From contig OZ025801.1 of assembly GCA_964019425.1 (NCBI GenBank), positions 1,054,001 to 1,118,000 of the forward strand: a DNA stretch of 64,000 nt. Direction: 5' to 3'. Positions within the stretch are counted from its first letter, which is position 1; every line of letters starts with the position of its first letter. The position numbers and the translations under genes are program-made. This document shows, one piece after another, positions 46,372 to 58,062 of the stretch. Source of the DNA: Flectonema sp. DT1601 (Eukaryota). The notes beneath the pieces were generated by a model that made no database searches, was not told the DNA's origin, and saw nothing but the letters and a program-made list of their open reading frames with translations.

Positions 46372-49146
46372 ATGCACCGAATATGGGGTGTTATTATTCA
46401 GGTGATAAGTGTAGCTGGTGTTGCTGTATCGAATGCTAATTGTCCATCATTGGTAACTTTCCCAAACACTGCTACCGGGATTATGACATGCTCTGGAACA
46501 GAGTGCGCTAATTGCAACGTTAACTGCGATCCTACTCAAGATTGTTATATAAAATGTACATCAATTGGTAGTTGCAGCGGTTTAGTTGTGAATTGTGGAA
46601 CGTCAGGTAAATGCGTTGTGGAATGCGACACTTCTGCATGTTCCAACATGCAAATAAAAGCACCTGACACTGGTAATTTACGAACAGTATGTCGAGGAGC
46701 AAGTGCATGCAATGGTCTTGACATCAGAAAACAAACATCAACTGGTGACTATGACATAGTATGTGAAGACGGTGCTTGTCTTAATTCTCAAATCAGATGT
46801 CCTGACTCACCAGGTAGATGTGATATTAAATGCAAAGGACTGAGTACCTGTCAGGGAGGTACTGTTCAGTCTGTTGATGGAGGACCTCTGAATATTAGAT
46901 GCGTTGAGAGCATAGCTGGTGATACAAAGTCTTGTATGGGTCTTGACGTTAACTGCCCTCCATCAAGTTCTTGTAAATTATCGTGTGAACAAAGTAATTC
47001 ATGTTATGGATTAAACCTGGTGTGTCCAAGTACAGCTATGTGTGATATTAACTGTGCTGGTGAGAAGGCTTGCTTTAACGCTGACGTCAATCGGAATGTA
47101 GGAAAAACTAGTGGAGCTTCGGTAAACATTCGATGTGCTGGATCTCAGTCATGCTACCAGGCAGACTTCGATTGTACAAAAGTAGATACCTGCAATCGGA
47201 GATGTATTGGAATAGAGTCTTGTTATCAGTCGACAACTGATTGTAAAAATGTTGTCAAAAGCTGCAAAGTTCACTGTGAAGGAGCTCGTTCTTGCTTCGG
47301 ATCTGGTAGCAATATGCCAAGTTGCCCAACTACTCCAACTGATGGATGTCAATTAAGATGTAAAGAAATAGATGCTTGCATTGGAGTTAGTCCTTCTGCT
47401 GGTTTAGATCCAATTATTTGTACTACTGCTAATGCCTGTTCAGTTGATCTGTTGGCTGCTGGGGCTCAAGTTAGAGGGCTGACTGATTCTCCAACAGCTG
47501 TCCCGACTGCTGCCCCGACGGCTGTTCCAATTCCACAGACAGCTGTTCCAGTGGCTGTTCCAACAGCACAACCAACTTCGATACCAACAACACTTCCAAC
47601 AGCAACTCCAACAACTACTCCAACGAACATCCCTCTCGGAACAACTATTGCACCAGACACACTAGTTCCTAATACACAAACACAAACACCAGTTAGTTCT
47701 ATTCCAGTGACTGGTATCCCAACTCAGATACCTGTGGAAGAGACAGCGCCACCAAATCCTTATGTACTCCCAGAAGAAGATAGAGATCAGATTAAACAAG
47801 TTACTAATATTGCGACTGTGGGAGCCTTTGCTTCAATGTCTGCTGGTGGTGCTGGATCAGCAGCGAGGATTCATTTAATTACTTCATTCACTTGCGCTGT
47901 GAGTGATGTCGATCTTAAAGACGACGCTCAACTTGATATCGCATTTCATCCAACTCGTGTCGCCTTCTCATTTGGTGGACCCAGCAGACAATATATTGTT
48001 GCGGCATTAATAATGAATCCTGTTCTACTTCTTGGGTTTGCAGTTCTACTTGTTATTGTTGCTTCTTTTGTTCACTTTATATCCTCAACGCCTTGGGGTG
48101 AGTCCTTTGGAAATCTGAGGGCACCAGGTATTCTTTACATCCCCTACTTGTTCTTATTGCAAGGGACCAGTTTAGCAGCTGCCAGAGCAGTATTTCATCC
48201 TCGAGGACCTGTTATAGTCATAGTGTTGGGTAGTGTGTCGTTGTTGATAAGTCTGGCCTCGCCTTTGATTTTGTATTTGAAAGTTTTGAGGAGGGTAGCA
48301 CCGGAGTGTACTCAAATTGCAGACCCGAGATTGTATAAAACAGTGGATTCGGATGTTGCTGTTCTGGTGGGATTGAAGGCATCAGTTTACAGATTTGTGT
48401 TTGGAAAGTATATTTGGGTTTCACGTGATACCAATTCAACTTTTGTTGAAAGGTACGGAATGATATTCGACTCGTTTCTTCAAGGAAAGACTTGGTTCGC
48501 AATATGTGAAGCCATCGTCATCGTGACGCTAAGTTTATTCTCCGCATGGCAACCAGCAGGAAATACATATTGCGGTATCAGAAACCTCTTAATCTGTTTA
48601 TTATTTCTAATTTTCCTTTTATTATTAGTGATAATAAGACCCTACTCATCCCCTTTAGATAATATATTATCAGGCATCGTAGCCGCAATGGTGTTCATTG
48701 CGGTCTTATTTATGACAATTGGACTTTGGATGGGACATTCTCCTGACGGCGTGTTATTCACGATGGCTTCATGGTTGTTGTTGTTGACGGCGATATTGGT
48801 TATTTTTAAATGTATTTGGGATGCCGTGTTGTATTTAATTGATGTTTGTTGGTTAGCAAGACGAGGTATTGCTAAGATGATATCTCGTGGAAAGGGTGAA
48901 AATCAAGGAGATTGCAGTTTTGATAATTATGTTTCCCCGACTGAGTTAGATTCCTGTGTCGATACTCAAGACCCACTGTTACAAAATGATAACTTGTCTC
49001 GGATGGAATCACTCAGCTCTGACTTAATACCAAATCGCGATCTCAGAACAATCGATTCATCCCGTTCATCAAACTCTGGCGCATATCTCAACAATAGGAT
49101 TCTGATAACCTGCAAAACTGATTACTGTGATCGCTTGCTTGTGTAG
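46372..49146 (+). CDS. Cys-rich cell-surface protein with signal peptide, periodic Cys repeats, Pro/Thr stalk and multipass TM C-terminal domain
   Basis: Hydrophobic N-terminus, recurring CxxxC-x4/5-C units, TAVPTAAPTAVP stalk, many hydrophobic helices and a DVDL...LDIAFHP motif shared with the paralog. Confidence 0.85.
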   Translation: MHRIWGVIIQVISVAGVAVSNANCPSLVTFPNTATGIMTCSGTECANCNVNCDPTQDCYIKCTSIGSCSGLVVNCGTSGKCVVECDTSACSNMQIKAPDTGNLRTVCRGASACNGLDIRKQTSTGDYDIVCEDGACLNSQIRCPDSPGRCDIKCKGLSTCQGGTVQSVDGGPLNIRCVESIAGDTKSCMGLDVNCPPSSSCKLSCEQSNSCYGLNLVCPSTAMCDINCAGEKACFNADVNRNVGKTSGASVNIRCAGSQSCYQADFDCTKVDTCNRRCIGIESCYQSTTDCKNVVKSCKVHCEGARSCFGSGSNMPSCPTTPTDGCQLRCKEIDACIGVSPSAGLDPIICTTANACSVDLLAAGAQVRGLTDSPTAVPTAAPTAVPIPQTAVPVAVPTAQPTSIPTTLPTATPTTTPTNIPLGTTIAPDTLVPNTQTQTPVSSIPVTGIPTQIPVEETAPPNPYVLPEEDRDQIKQVTNIATVGAFASMSAGGAGSAARIHLITSFTCAVSDVDLKDDAQLDIAFHPTRVAFSFGGPSRQYIVAALIMNPVLLLGFAVLLVIVASFVHFISSTPWGESFGNLRAPGILYIPYLFLLQGTSLAAARAVFHPRGPVIVIVLGSVSLLISLASPLILYLKVLRRVAPECTQIADPRLYKTVDSDVAVLVGLKASVYRFVFGKYIWVSRDTNSTFVERYGMIFDSFLQGKTWFAICEAIVIVTLSLFSAWQPAGNTYCGIRNLLICLLFLIFLLLLVIIRPYSSPLDNILSGIVAAMVFIAVLFMTIGLWMGHSPDGVLFTMASWLLLLTAILVIFKCIWDAVLYLIDVCWLARRGIAKMISRGKGENQGDCSFDNYVSPTELDSCVDTQDPLLQNDNLSRMESLSSDLIPNRDLRTIDSSRSSNSGAYLNNRILITCKTDYCDRLLV

Positions 49147-49177
<31 letters not shown>

Positions 49178-52100
49178 TCATTTGTAGGTTCCACTTATTA
49201 TTATTTGTCTTTTTTGTACTAAAACAAACTCGGTTGTCAGAAAGGATTGTTGACGGATCGTAAATACACTTTTTTTTTTTTCCCCTTTTTTTTTCTTTTT
49301 GGCTCAAACCGGCTTTGCGGTTCGATTCACAAACAATCAGTTTGTGGGAAAGCGTTTTTAAGATAAAAACTGGTTTTACGATTTTTAGTGTACCAAAAAC
49401 ATTAGTAAAAGTAACATAGTCGGGTTAGTAAGTTTTTCTTTCTTACATATCTGTTTTTATTATTGTCTGTTTGTTCGGATGATTACGAGGTTTGCGGACG
49501 GTGATGAATTTTCCCTCCTAGTCGGTAACCGATATTCGTTTCTGCGCATATTTTTTTTTTTCTTCGCTTTTTTTGAGTGAAAATGAAACCTCATTTCTTA
49601 CTTGAGCCTCACTCTGATAACGGATGAATTCGCGCACCTGGTAGTTTTGTTGAGCCATGTTGGACTACTTCCTATTGTACCCTTAACGTTCATGGTTAAA
49701 GCTCTGAAGTAGATATTTCGTTTTTTTTCTTCTTCTTCTTTTTGTTTTCGTTCCTTTCCTCTGAGACCTTCACAAAGTTCTGACATCAAATCAATTTATA
49801 AATTGTTCGAGTGAGGGAAGGTTTTATTTGTTGATTTTGTTGTTTTACCTTCTGTACCTTCACGGTAGAAAGATAATTGTAACCACGCAACTCTACATTT
49901 TTCTTTATTAAGATTTTTGTCACCACCAGTTTTGCGCAGAACCAAGTGTTTCCCGATGCGGTATTGTTGTTGCTTCTCACCTTCTCAGGTTGAAAGCTTC
50001 TCTGGCATGTGTCAGTAGAATTACAATAGTTCCATTTGAGGTGCTTATTTTAGGGTTTTTATTATTTACCTCTCAAAGATGTGGTACCGAGTGGCTGCTT
50101 TGCTTCAAGTCTCACTTCAGGTAGGTTTGCGTTTCATTGACGTGATGCTACCGAATGACTGATACAGTAGTGGGCTTAGTTTCTTTTGTTCCTCTCATCA
50201 ATCAATAATAACAAAATGATTGTTATCTCTGCTTCTGTTCTCCTTTTTGAAGAGTGTCTTCAAATACCTGAGTTGGACTGGTTGTCTTTCCTCTTTATTT
50301 CCTTAACCTTGTTAAGAATGGGGATTCCATCCTCTCACTCACTTTCCCTTTCTTCGCAGGCAAGGACGTTCTCTACTTTTTGAAATATCCCTTATGTGTT
50401 TATCGTTATTTTTCCTTCTGCACCGTCCTCCTGCATCGTATGAGGAAGTCGGTAATCTCATCACTCACACGTCTGTTTTCTTTAAAAGAAAAACGTGTTC
50501 GTGTTTCCTTTCTTGTTTTTATTTACCTCTTTTTTTTTTTTTTTTTTTTTTTCCAGCTTTTTCTTTGCTATTTTTATTGCTTAGAAGCCTGACTAACTAC
50601 TTAATAAGGCTTATCCTTTTTTTTTTTTTTTTGAAAAGTCGTTCTTAAATTTGAGATGCTTCAGTCTGGTTCGAAGCAGTTGAGACCCTGTCTCAGCTGA
50701 GCTTCTTGTTGTCTGTTGCTAGCTGACTGGAGTTATTATTAATGTTGTCCAAAAATTTTGTAGTGTGGTATGGAAGCCTTGGACGAATTAGAAGTGTTTT
50801 TATGGGATAAAATAAAGTAGTGTTATAATGTATTTTTTTTTTAATACTCCCTCGTCATTTCAAAACACCGTGGAGAAGGCTAAAATATTAACAAATACAA
50901 GGTTCGACAACGATTGCTTATGAGTGACTATTTCTAAAATGAAGAAAAAAAAAAAAAAAAAAAAAAGCAGACTTTCTCTCAGATTAAACTTTATTACTGT
51001 TTTCTGTTGTCAAAACTCCTTTTTTTTTTTTTTTTTAATTATTTTAAATTTTTTGTTTCTTTTTTTCTCTCGTTAAGCAAAAGGCAAAGTGAAAGCTGGA
51101 AATGATATTCTTTATAAATTAAGTAGCAACAATGAACATTGGGGTTCTTGGAATAGCAGAACAATTTTTTTTTGATTTGATGCAACTTACCAATTTATAG
51201 CAAACTCTTGTTACTCTCATTTTATTTATTTATTTATTATTTTTTTTTTTTTTCAACCTGTTTGTTCAAAATCTCTGGGCAAGGTGGACTGCTGGAAGTC
51301 GATCCTTCCCACAGAAGCTATAAAATTACTTTACAAAAGTAAAGCCACAGATAACTATCTTTTAAGTAAGTTAGTTTTTACGGAGACCTCGCAACTCGTT
51401 ATAAAAAAACAAAACAGCAGTAGTGGAACCTCTGCGTTAAAAAAGAAATCAGTTCTTTCAAAATAGACGATTGATAAACTCCGATTTTATCAAAAAACTG
51501 AATGAAGTCTCCAGAACTTATTAAATGAAGGTCTACGAGGGACAAGTAGTAACCTTTCTTTTTTTTTTTTTTCTTATCCTTTACTTATCCTGTGATCATT
51601 TCACTCTCTCCCTGTTACCGGGAAGAATGATTACTTTTTGACATTTGTATTGCGCTATGTGAATATTTCATAGCGTACCTTATTATTTCTTTATGAATTA
51701 TTAACAGAGTGAAATTACTCTGAATCTCCTGACCAACACACACACAGATCTGGGTTTCGTATCGAAGTGTTGCTCTAATTCTATCGATTCAGTTCACACG
51801 GCAGCATTACGATGCCTCACCTATAATTATGAACTATTAACAATTCGAAAAGCGTGTTTTGTAAAAAAGCTTTCTGGTCTTTCCTGTTTGTGCGACCCCT
51901 TCAAGAAGTGTCAAGGTCAGCAACAAAAGTAATGATGTTTTAAGGTAACTGAAAGGCCGATAACTACCACAAGTAATATAGCCTTGACGGTGTACTGTGA
52001 TGGAGGAAACTGTTTCACTAGTTTGGAAGATGTGATTCTACCGACTTGTTTATTTTGTAAACTTCATCAGCATCAGTCTTCTCTGCGGTGGATATATCAA

Positions 52101-52597
52101 GAGGGGGGGGGGTCACTCTTTTAGCACTTTGATGCGATTAATGCATCATTTGCTTTGCTTTGCTTTTCTGTTTCTTTTTTGTTCCTTCTTCTTACATTGC
52201 ATCGTAGTGAGACCGCACAACGAGGTGACTTCTTTTTTTTTTTTGCACCTCAAGTGGGTTTTTTTGTTCTACAAAGCAAATTAAAACAAACGAACAACAA
52301 AAAAGGTTAGAAAAAAAAAAAAAAAAAAAAAAAAATCTTTTTAATGAATACCTATCATCCTTGTCATAGATGTTCTTAAGAATCATTAAGCTAAGGTTTC
52401 GTGAAATTCTTGTTTATCATAGCAGTCCTTTTTTTTATATATTATTATTAATTTATTTTCATCCACATACAGTTAAGATGATAATGGCATGTCGTGTTCA
52501 GGATGTCCAATCGGATGACGTATCGTAGTTTGCTGTATCAGAGATTTACTCAATTCATTTTATAATTATTATTTGCTCAATTTAGATAACAAACAAA

Positions 52598-53344
52598 ATG
52601 AGTTCAAATAAAGAAAAGCAACCGGCAGAATCGGACCTACAAAACTCATCCGTTAAAAGAGTAAAAACTGAAGACGACACCAGTGAAGAAGGACAGCAGA
52701 AGAGTGTGTTCATTTCAGGTCTTCCCAGAAGGACTACGAAGGAGACACTAGACGAGTTATTTGCGGAAGTTGGTCCAGTCATTTCTCACGACATAGCAGC
52801 GCGTGCCGGTGGTACTATCGCATTCGTCGAGTTCGATTCCGTTGAAATTGCACGTGCGGCGATTAAAATCTCCGGAAGTTTTATTGAAGGATCAAAAGTA
52901 AACATTCAATCAAAACGTAATCAGGGAGGAGCTGCTGCTAAAGTGGGAAAACAAAAATCGAATACCATTTTTATTAAATTCATGGAAGGAAGCAACATGT
53001 CAGCGTTGGATGTACAAGAAGCTTTTAACGTATGTAATTATATGGCCAAAATCACAACACAACAACACAACACAACAACACAGCTCTGTGGTGGTATCAA
53101 AGACCTTCGAATGCACAACAGCCGCCTCTATTGTTTTGTAGAGTTTCACAAATTGGAAGCCGCAACAGTCGCAACACAAATAGAAGACCCTCGATTTCAA
53201 GTACACTACAGTCAGCAGAGTTCCAGCACTGCTCCAACTAACTACTCTGGAAGCTCTGCTTCTGTAAGGGCAAAGGTTGAGGCATCGAAGTCAAAACCGG
53301 CATCAATGTTCAAACCTCGAACTGTTATTAAAAAGAAATCATAA
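52598..53344 (+). CDS. Two-RRM RNA-binding protein (probable in-frame intron 53030-53083)
   Basis: SVFISGLP / IAFVEF and TIFIKF / YCFVEF. Removing the 54-nt GTATGT...CAG segment gives AFNLCGGIKDLR, which fits an RRM. Confidence 0.85.
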   Translation: MSSNKEKQPAESDLQNSSVKRVKTEDDTSEEGQQKSVFISGLPRRTTKETLDELFAEVGPVISHDIAARAGGTIAFVEFDSVEIARAAIKISGSFIEGSKVNIQSKRNQGGAAAKVGKQKSNTIFIKFMEGSNMSALDVQEAFNVCNYMAKITTQQHNTTTQLCGGIKDLRMHNSRLYCFVEFHKLEAATVATQIEDPRFQVHYSQQSSSTAPTNYSGSSASVRAKVEASKSKPASMFKPRTVIKKKS

Positions 53345-53658
53345 AAATAATAACATCTGAACTGTTTTTAAGAACTCACCTTTCATGGTTACGACTTGTT
53401 GTAATCAACTCCTTCTTGTTCACCCTCGACGGATTACTTTGGTCTCAAATATTACTTTTTGACTACTAACTTAGTTACGCCGGCTGTTGCCGAAGATTCA
53501 TCTAATTGGATAAAAGTTAAAAAATAATTTCCAATTTACTTTATAACATCTGACTTGAGAACAGACACACAAAATAATTAAATGAGATTGCCTATCGGAC
53601 TGGTTGTACCAAAGTAACGTTTCATTATCTATTATTCTTCATCAGTGACACAAATAAC

Positions 53659-54066
53659 ATGTCGCTTCAATACGGACTTGGTGGTACGCGGATTCGTAAA
53701 ATATACGGTGGAGAGGAATCGGGTAGGAAACCATTACCTCCCATGGCACTTGGTAAGGGATCGTGTCAACAAAAACATGAGGAAGGATCTAATGCTAGAA
53801 AAGCAATGTTCGAAAGTCAGATCAAAGTAACGTCAGCAAAGAGGTTGTCAAATGGGCCACAAGTTGATAGCAGTCGATGTCTTAGTCAAAGTGAAGATTA
53901 TCGTTTTAAGAAACCAACCGCTGCGATATCAGTTACTCGAAAACCTGACCAACCAACAGCGAAACCGATTTATAGAAAAGCACCGGCGCCTACCTTTTCA
54001 CTCGAATGGAAGATGCCGAATACCCGCCACCCGGACTTTGCAACTCGTAAGATGACGTCTCAGTGA
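53659..54066 (+). CDS. Small basic hypothetical protein
   Basis: 135-aa ORF on the cluster strand with ATG after TTCTTCATCAG. No family recognised. Confidence 0.6.
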   Translation: MSLQYGLGGTRIRKIYGGEESGRKPLPPMALGKGSCQQKHEEGSNARKAMFESQIKVTSAKRLSNGPQVDSSRCLSQSEDYRFKKPTAAISVTRKPDQPTAKPIYRKAPAPTFSLEWKMPNTRHPDFATRKMTSQ

Positions 54067-54099
54067 AGCTTTTCATTATTTAGTAGAAAACAATTATAA

Positions 54100-54129
54100 C
54101 TTCACTTCACTTCACTTCACTTCACTTCA
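54100..54129. repeat. (CTTCA)6 microsatellite
   Basis: Six tandem copies, read directly from the sequence. Confidence 0.9.
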
Positions 54130-54875
54130 GTGAAGGAATTCAACAATTGAAGACTGAGTTCGGTGTCACTGAACTACCTCTCTCACCTGAGCCTAATTAA
54201 TTATCATATTAATATCTCCCACACCATTATGAAGTAAGAAATGTCTCCAGCCAGAGCGTTGAACCTGTCAAAGGGTCCCCTTATAAAATGCATGGCAAAC
54301 AGAGAATTCGCTTCTCTTCTCTTCTGTTGGGGTAGTAAATCTATCCATTTTATTAGTACTTGTTCTTTCCCATCCTCCTCTACGAACGATAATTACTGGT
54401 AGAGATACTTGATATGATACATAAATAGACGTCTTCTGAATAATTCTTTCAGATGTAATCATTCGATTCATAGACTGGTGAAGATTGATAACTCTTTTGG
54501 GAGGCATCCTATCTTTACGTATAAAGTAGTCCATAAAATCAAAGTATGACGACAGCCTAGAAATCCATTTGTAAATCTGATTAAGAGTTTTAGTACCTTC
54601 TGTATGTTCTGCTCCCTACCCATGTGATCAACTCCGTTTGGTAGATCGCTAATTTTTTTTGTAACTTTTTTTGTCTTTTTTTTCATTACCTGTGAGGTCT
54701 CCTGAGGGTGGCCATTCTCTCTAATCGCTGTTTGTTAGTTTTTTTTTATTTGTTGGAAACCAAGAGCCGTCTTACTCACATATCTCACAGCATTAAAAAG
54801 TCTGAGAAATATCGCAACACTCACCTTTGATAGGACGTTAATGTAATAATCATCTGTTCTGCAGTATACTTAACT

Positions 54876-56852
54876 ATGAAGGTAGTAGGGCTCATGAGCG
54901 GTGGGAAAGACTCTCTAAATAGTTTAGGGAAATGTTTAAAACACGGTCACGAGATTGTCTGCATTGCGAACTTATCACCAGAAGAAGAAGCTGAAGAGTT
55001 GGATTCATTTTGCTTTCAGACAGTCGGTCATGGACACGTTGAAAGGATTGCAGTAGCTATGGGTGTTCCTTTAGTTAGAGGAAAGATTAAAAGAGGAACT
55101 TCAAATGTACAAAGTATGGCCTACCCAGCAAGACCAAGTGATCAAGAAGATGAAGTAGAACGTCTATACGATTTGTTATTTGATGTTAAACAACAATACC
55201 CAGAAGTTAACGCTGTATCAAGTGGTGCTATACTTTCTAACTATCAGAGGTTACGTGTTGAATCTGTTGCAACACGTCTTGGGTTAGTCAGTCTCTCATA
55301 TCTCTGGCAACGTGATCAGGACGACTACGTCAACGAGCTGTCTGAAGAAGGTTACGAAGCAGCCATAATAAAAATAGCTTCCATGGGAATGAAGAAGTCT
55401 CACCTCGGTCGTCACCTCAGCGAGTTTAAAGACGACTTCTTACAACTTGACTACCTCCATTCAGCAGGTGAAGGAGGTGAGTACGAGACACTAATAACAG
55501 ATTGTCCATTGTTCGATACTAAATTAGTAATCACAAACCCTGTAGTCCACATGTCATCTGATGATAAGTTCGCTCCTGTCGGACACATTACTTTTGGACT
55601 CGAATCACAAGCAAAAGATGGCGACTTCAGCAACCGCCTGAAACCAACTCCCCCAACTGAAACGCTCCAAAAACTTAACAGCTCAGCAAACCAATTCAGA
55701 AGTGATAACCCTCTTTCCCAAATCGATGACATTAAAACTTATTCCAACAAGAAATGTTGGTCCTCCAAGGATGGAACTTGGCGGATATTTGCAGGGATGT
55801 CTGGAGACTGTGCAGGTAAACTGCTGTCATCAATAGACAACCTAAAAGACAGTACAGCATTCGTACACGTGTATGGGAAATCGATTAGTAATTTCGCAGC
55901 TGTTAATAAAGCTTACAATCCTAACTTTGATTCAAATCCACCATCGCGTGCGTTCGTAGAGAACAACGGCCAGTCGACTGATGTTACGATGGACGTGTTG
56001 ATATATGACGGAGATCGTAATAACAGAACTACCCTTCATGTTCAAAGTATTAGTGAGTGGGCACCAGCTTGTATTGGTCCATACGCACAGGCAACAACAG
56101 TAAGTGGAACAGTAATGCATGCAGGTATGCTTGGGTTAGATCCTCCTTCAATGGTATTAGTAGGAAGTACAGAAGGAAATCGTTCAGATGCTTGCCATGC
56201 CCAGGCTACCCGAGCAATAAAAAGCTACTACTCTGTGATGCCAATTGTTGAGAGTTCAATGGAACTGGTTGGTATGGGAATCGCATATGTTGTCAGCACC
56301 AGCGATTTCTCAAACGTTGCATCTGCTTGGAATGCCGAGTACAGCAATAAGTCAGTATTTCCTCTCTGTGTTGCTGTTACGGTATCGGCTTTGCCGAAAT
56401 TCGCTGCCTTTGAGTTGCAGCTATTCTCATCGACAAAGTCTTCTTCTGCCCCTCGTTTATCATCACAAGATGGTGTGTCTTTGGTACTCTTACCTAGCAT
56501 GGCGTACGCTGTTTGTCCGTTACCTGCTATTGCAGAAGGTATTCAAAAACTATCAGCTGCCGGATTTGAACCTGGTCATGTTAAGGTCTTCACCTCGGCA
56601 GCCGACTACTCCTCTCTCTCTGAACACTTGTCCTGCTGTAGCGAACTTGCCACCACTGTTTTGGCTACTGAGGGGTATGTTGATTTCGTTTTTTCTTTTT
56701 CCGATGCCACGGCACATCATTTGATTTCATGTTGAAGAGATGTGTGCAGCTCACAACACAACAAACACAGCGCTTCGATAATCTCTGAGAAGGGAACTAC
56801 AGAACTCTCAAGTGTTGCTTTAATATGGTCCGCTGGTGGAATATCAGAGTAA
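54876..56852 (+). CDS. DPH6: Diphthine-ammonia ligase with C-terminal YjgF/RidA-like domains (exons 54876-56674, 56771-56852)
   Basis: MKVVGLMSGGKDS, DSFCFQTVGH, SGAILSNYQRLRVE, GEGGEYET and LHVQSISEWAPACIGPYAQA. A GTATGT...ACAAACACAG intron near the end suggests the true stop is at 56852 rather than 56735. Confidence 0.92.
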
Positions 56853-57128
56853 TTGATGTCTGTTGTCGTAATAGATGATGAGGGTTGCGGCTGGCCCCCT
56901 TGAGAGTCGGCACCGTCCCAGCACTGTTTTCATTTACCACAAGTGAACGCTTGACCGCTTGTATCATATCAGCGAAATGGTTTTTATTTTTTGAATATAA
57001 TTATTATTTATCATTCCTACCAGCAGGTCTGACTCTACAAAAAGCTAACAACGCGAGTGTTTCGTATTTCTTGACTTGTTCTTTATTCACTGGCTGTGTT
57101 ATTTTCTATTCTCTCACAAGATTATCGG

Positions 57129-57881
57129 ATGGGGAAGGATCGAAAGAAAAACTGGAATTCCGCTGCACGCAAGCAGGTGGCAATTGAAACAGAAAAGGAG
57201 ACAAAAACTTATTCAAAATCATGTCTGATTACAGAGACTGTAAGTACTGTGAAGATAGAAAGACAAGTAAGATTAACTAAGGTACTATTGGTAGCGGAGG
57301 ATTCCTATAAAGCAGCCGAGGGAATTTCAAATTCCGTAGTCTTAGATTTCGCCAGTGACAGCAATCCAGGAGGTGGATGGCGAGGAGGTCAGACTGGAAC
57401 ACAAGAAGAATCCCTGTGTAGGCGATCTACTCTTGGAATTGCTTTAGAAAAGCATTCCTCTTCAGGAGGATATCCAATAAATAATAATAATGTGATCTAC
57501 GTACCCAAAGTAATGGTATTTCGAGGAACAGAAGAAGAAGACTACAATTCAAGACCTCCATTTGAAACTTCAGTCATCGCTGCTGCTCTTCGAAACTCTG
57601 ACAACACAAAACAATTAATGAACTCCACAGATTCTGTTGTAGTCACTGCGGTAAACAAGAAACATTCATCAGTTGTGCTTGGTGCTTGGGGTTGTGGAGC
57701 ATTCGGGAATTCACCATCATCCGTGGCAGCGGCATTTGCGTCTTCTCTTAAGAAAGTTGATTCAGGCAGCGATCCCTTCACAGTAATATTTGCTATACCA
57801 AATAGTAATAATGATTCTTTCTATGAGTTTACTGATGTCTTAAGCAAAGCTTTCCCTGACATAATTGAAATTATGAAATAG
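57129..57881 (+). CDS. Microbial-type poly(ADP-ribose) glycohydrolase (DUF2263/TIGR02452 macrodomain)
   Basis: VLDFASDSNPGGGWRGGQTGTQEESLCRRSTL (GGG-x-QEE signature) and VLGAWGCGAFGN. Confidence 0.88.
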   Translation: MGKDRKKNWNSAARKQVAIETEKETKTYSKSCLITETVSTVKIERQVRLTKVLLVAEDSYKAAEGISNSVVLDFASDSNPGGGWRGGQTGTQEESLCRRSTLGIALEKHSSSGGYPINNNNVIYVPKVMVFRGTEEEDYNSRPPFETSVIAAALRNSDNTKQLMNSTDSVVVTAVNKKHSSVVLGAWGCGAFGNSPSSVAAAFASSLKKVDSGSDPFTVIFAIPNSNNDSFYEFTDVLSKAFPDIIEIMK

Positions 57882-58062
57882 CACATCACCATCTATCTGA
57901 CAGAAGATTATCCTTTATAGGTTATTAAGAACAATAGTTTCTCATGTATTTTATTCTTTTTTATCAGAAACAGATGTGATGGTTTTTGCGTTGAGATGAA
58001 TTCTTTGTTTTGATAATTTAATATTTATTTTTTTTAAAAAACCAGTTCATAAAAAAAATAAA

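Noticed and set aside
51283..51342. Kinase-like fragment GGLLEVDPSHR
   Set aside because: Too short, with no other kinase subdomains nearby.
54268..54686. Overlapping minus-strand ORFs that might be a pseudogene
   Set aside because: No recognisable motifs, stops in all frames, and opposite to the cluster strand.
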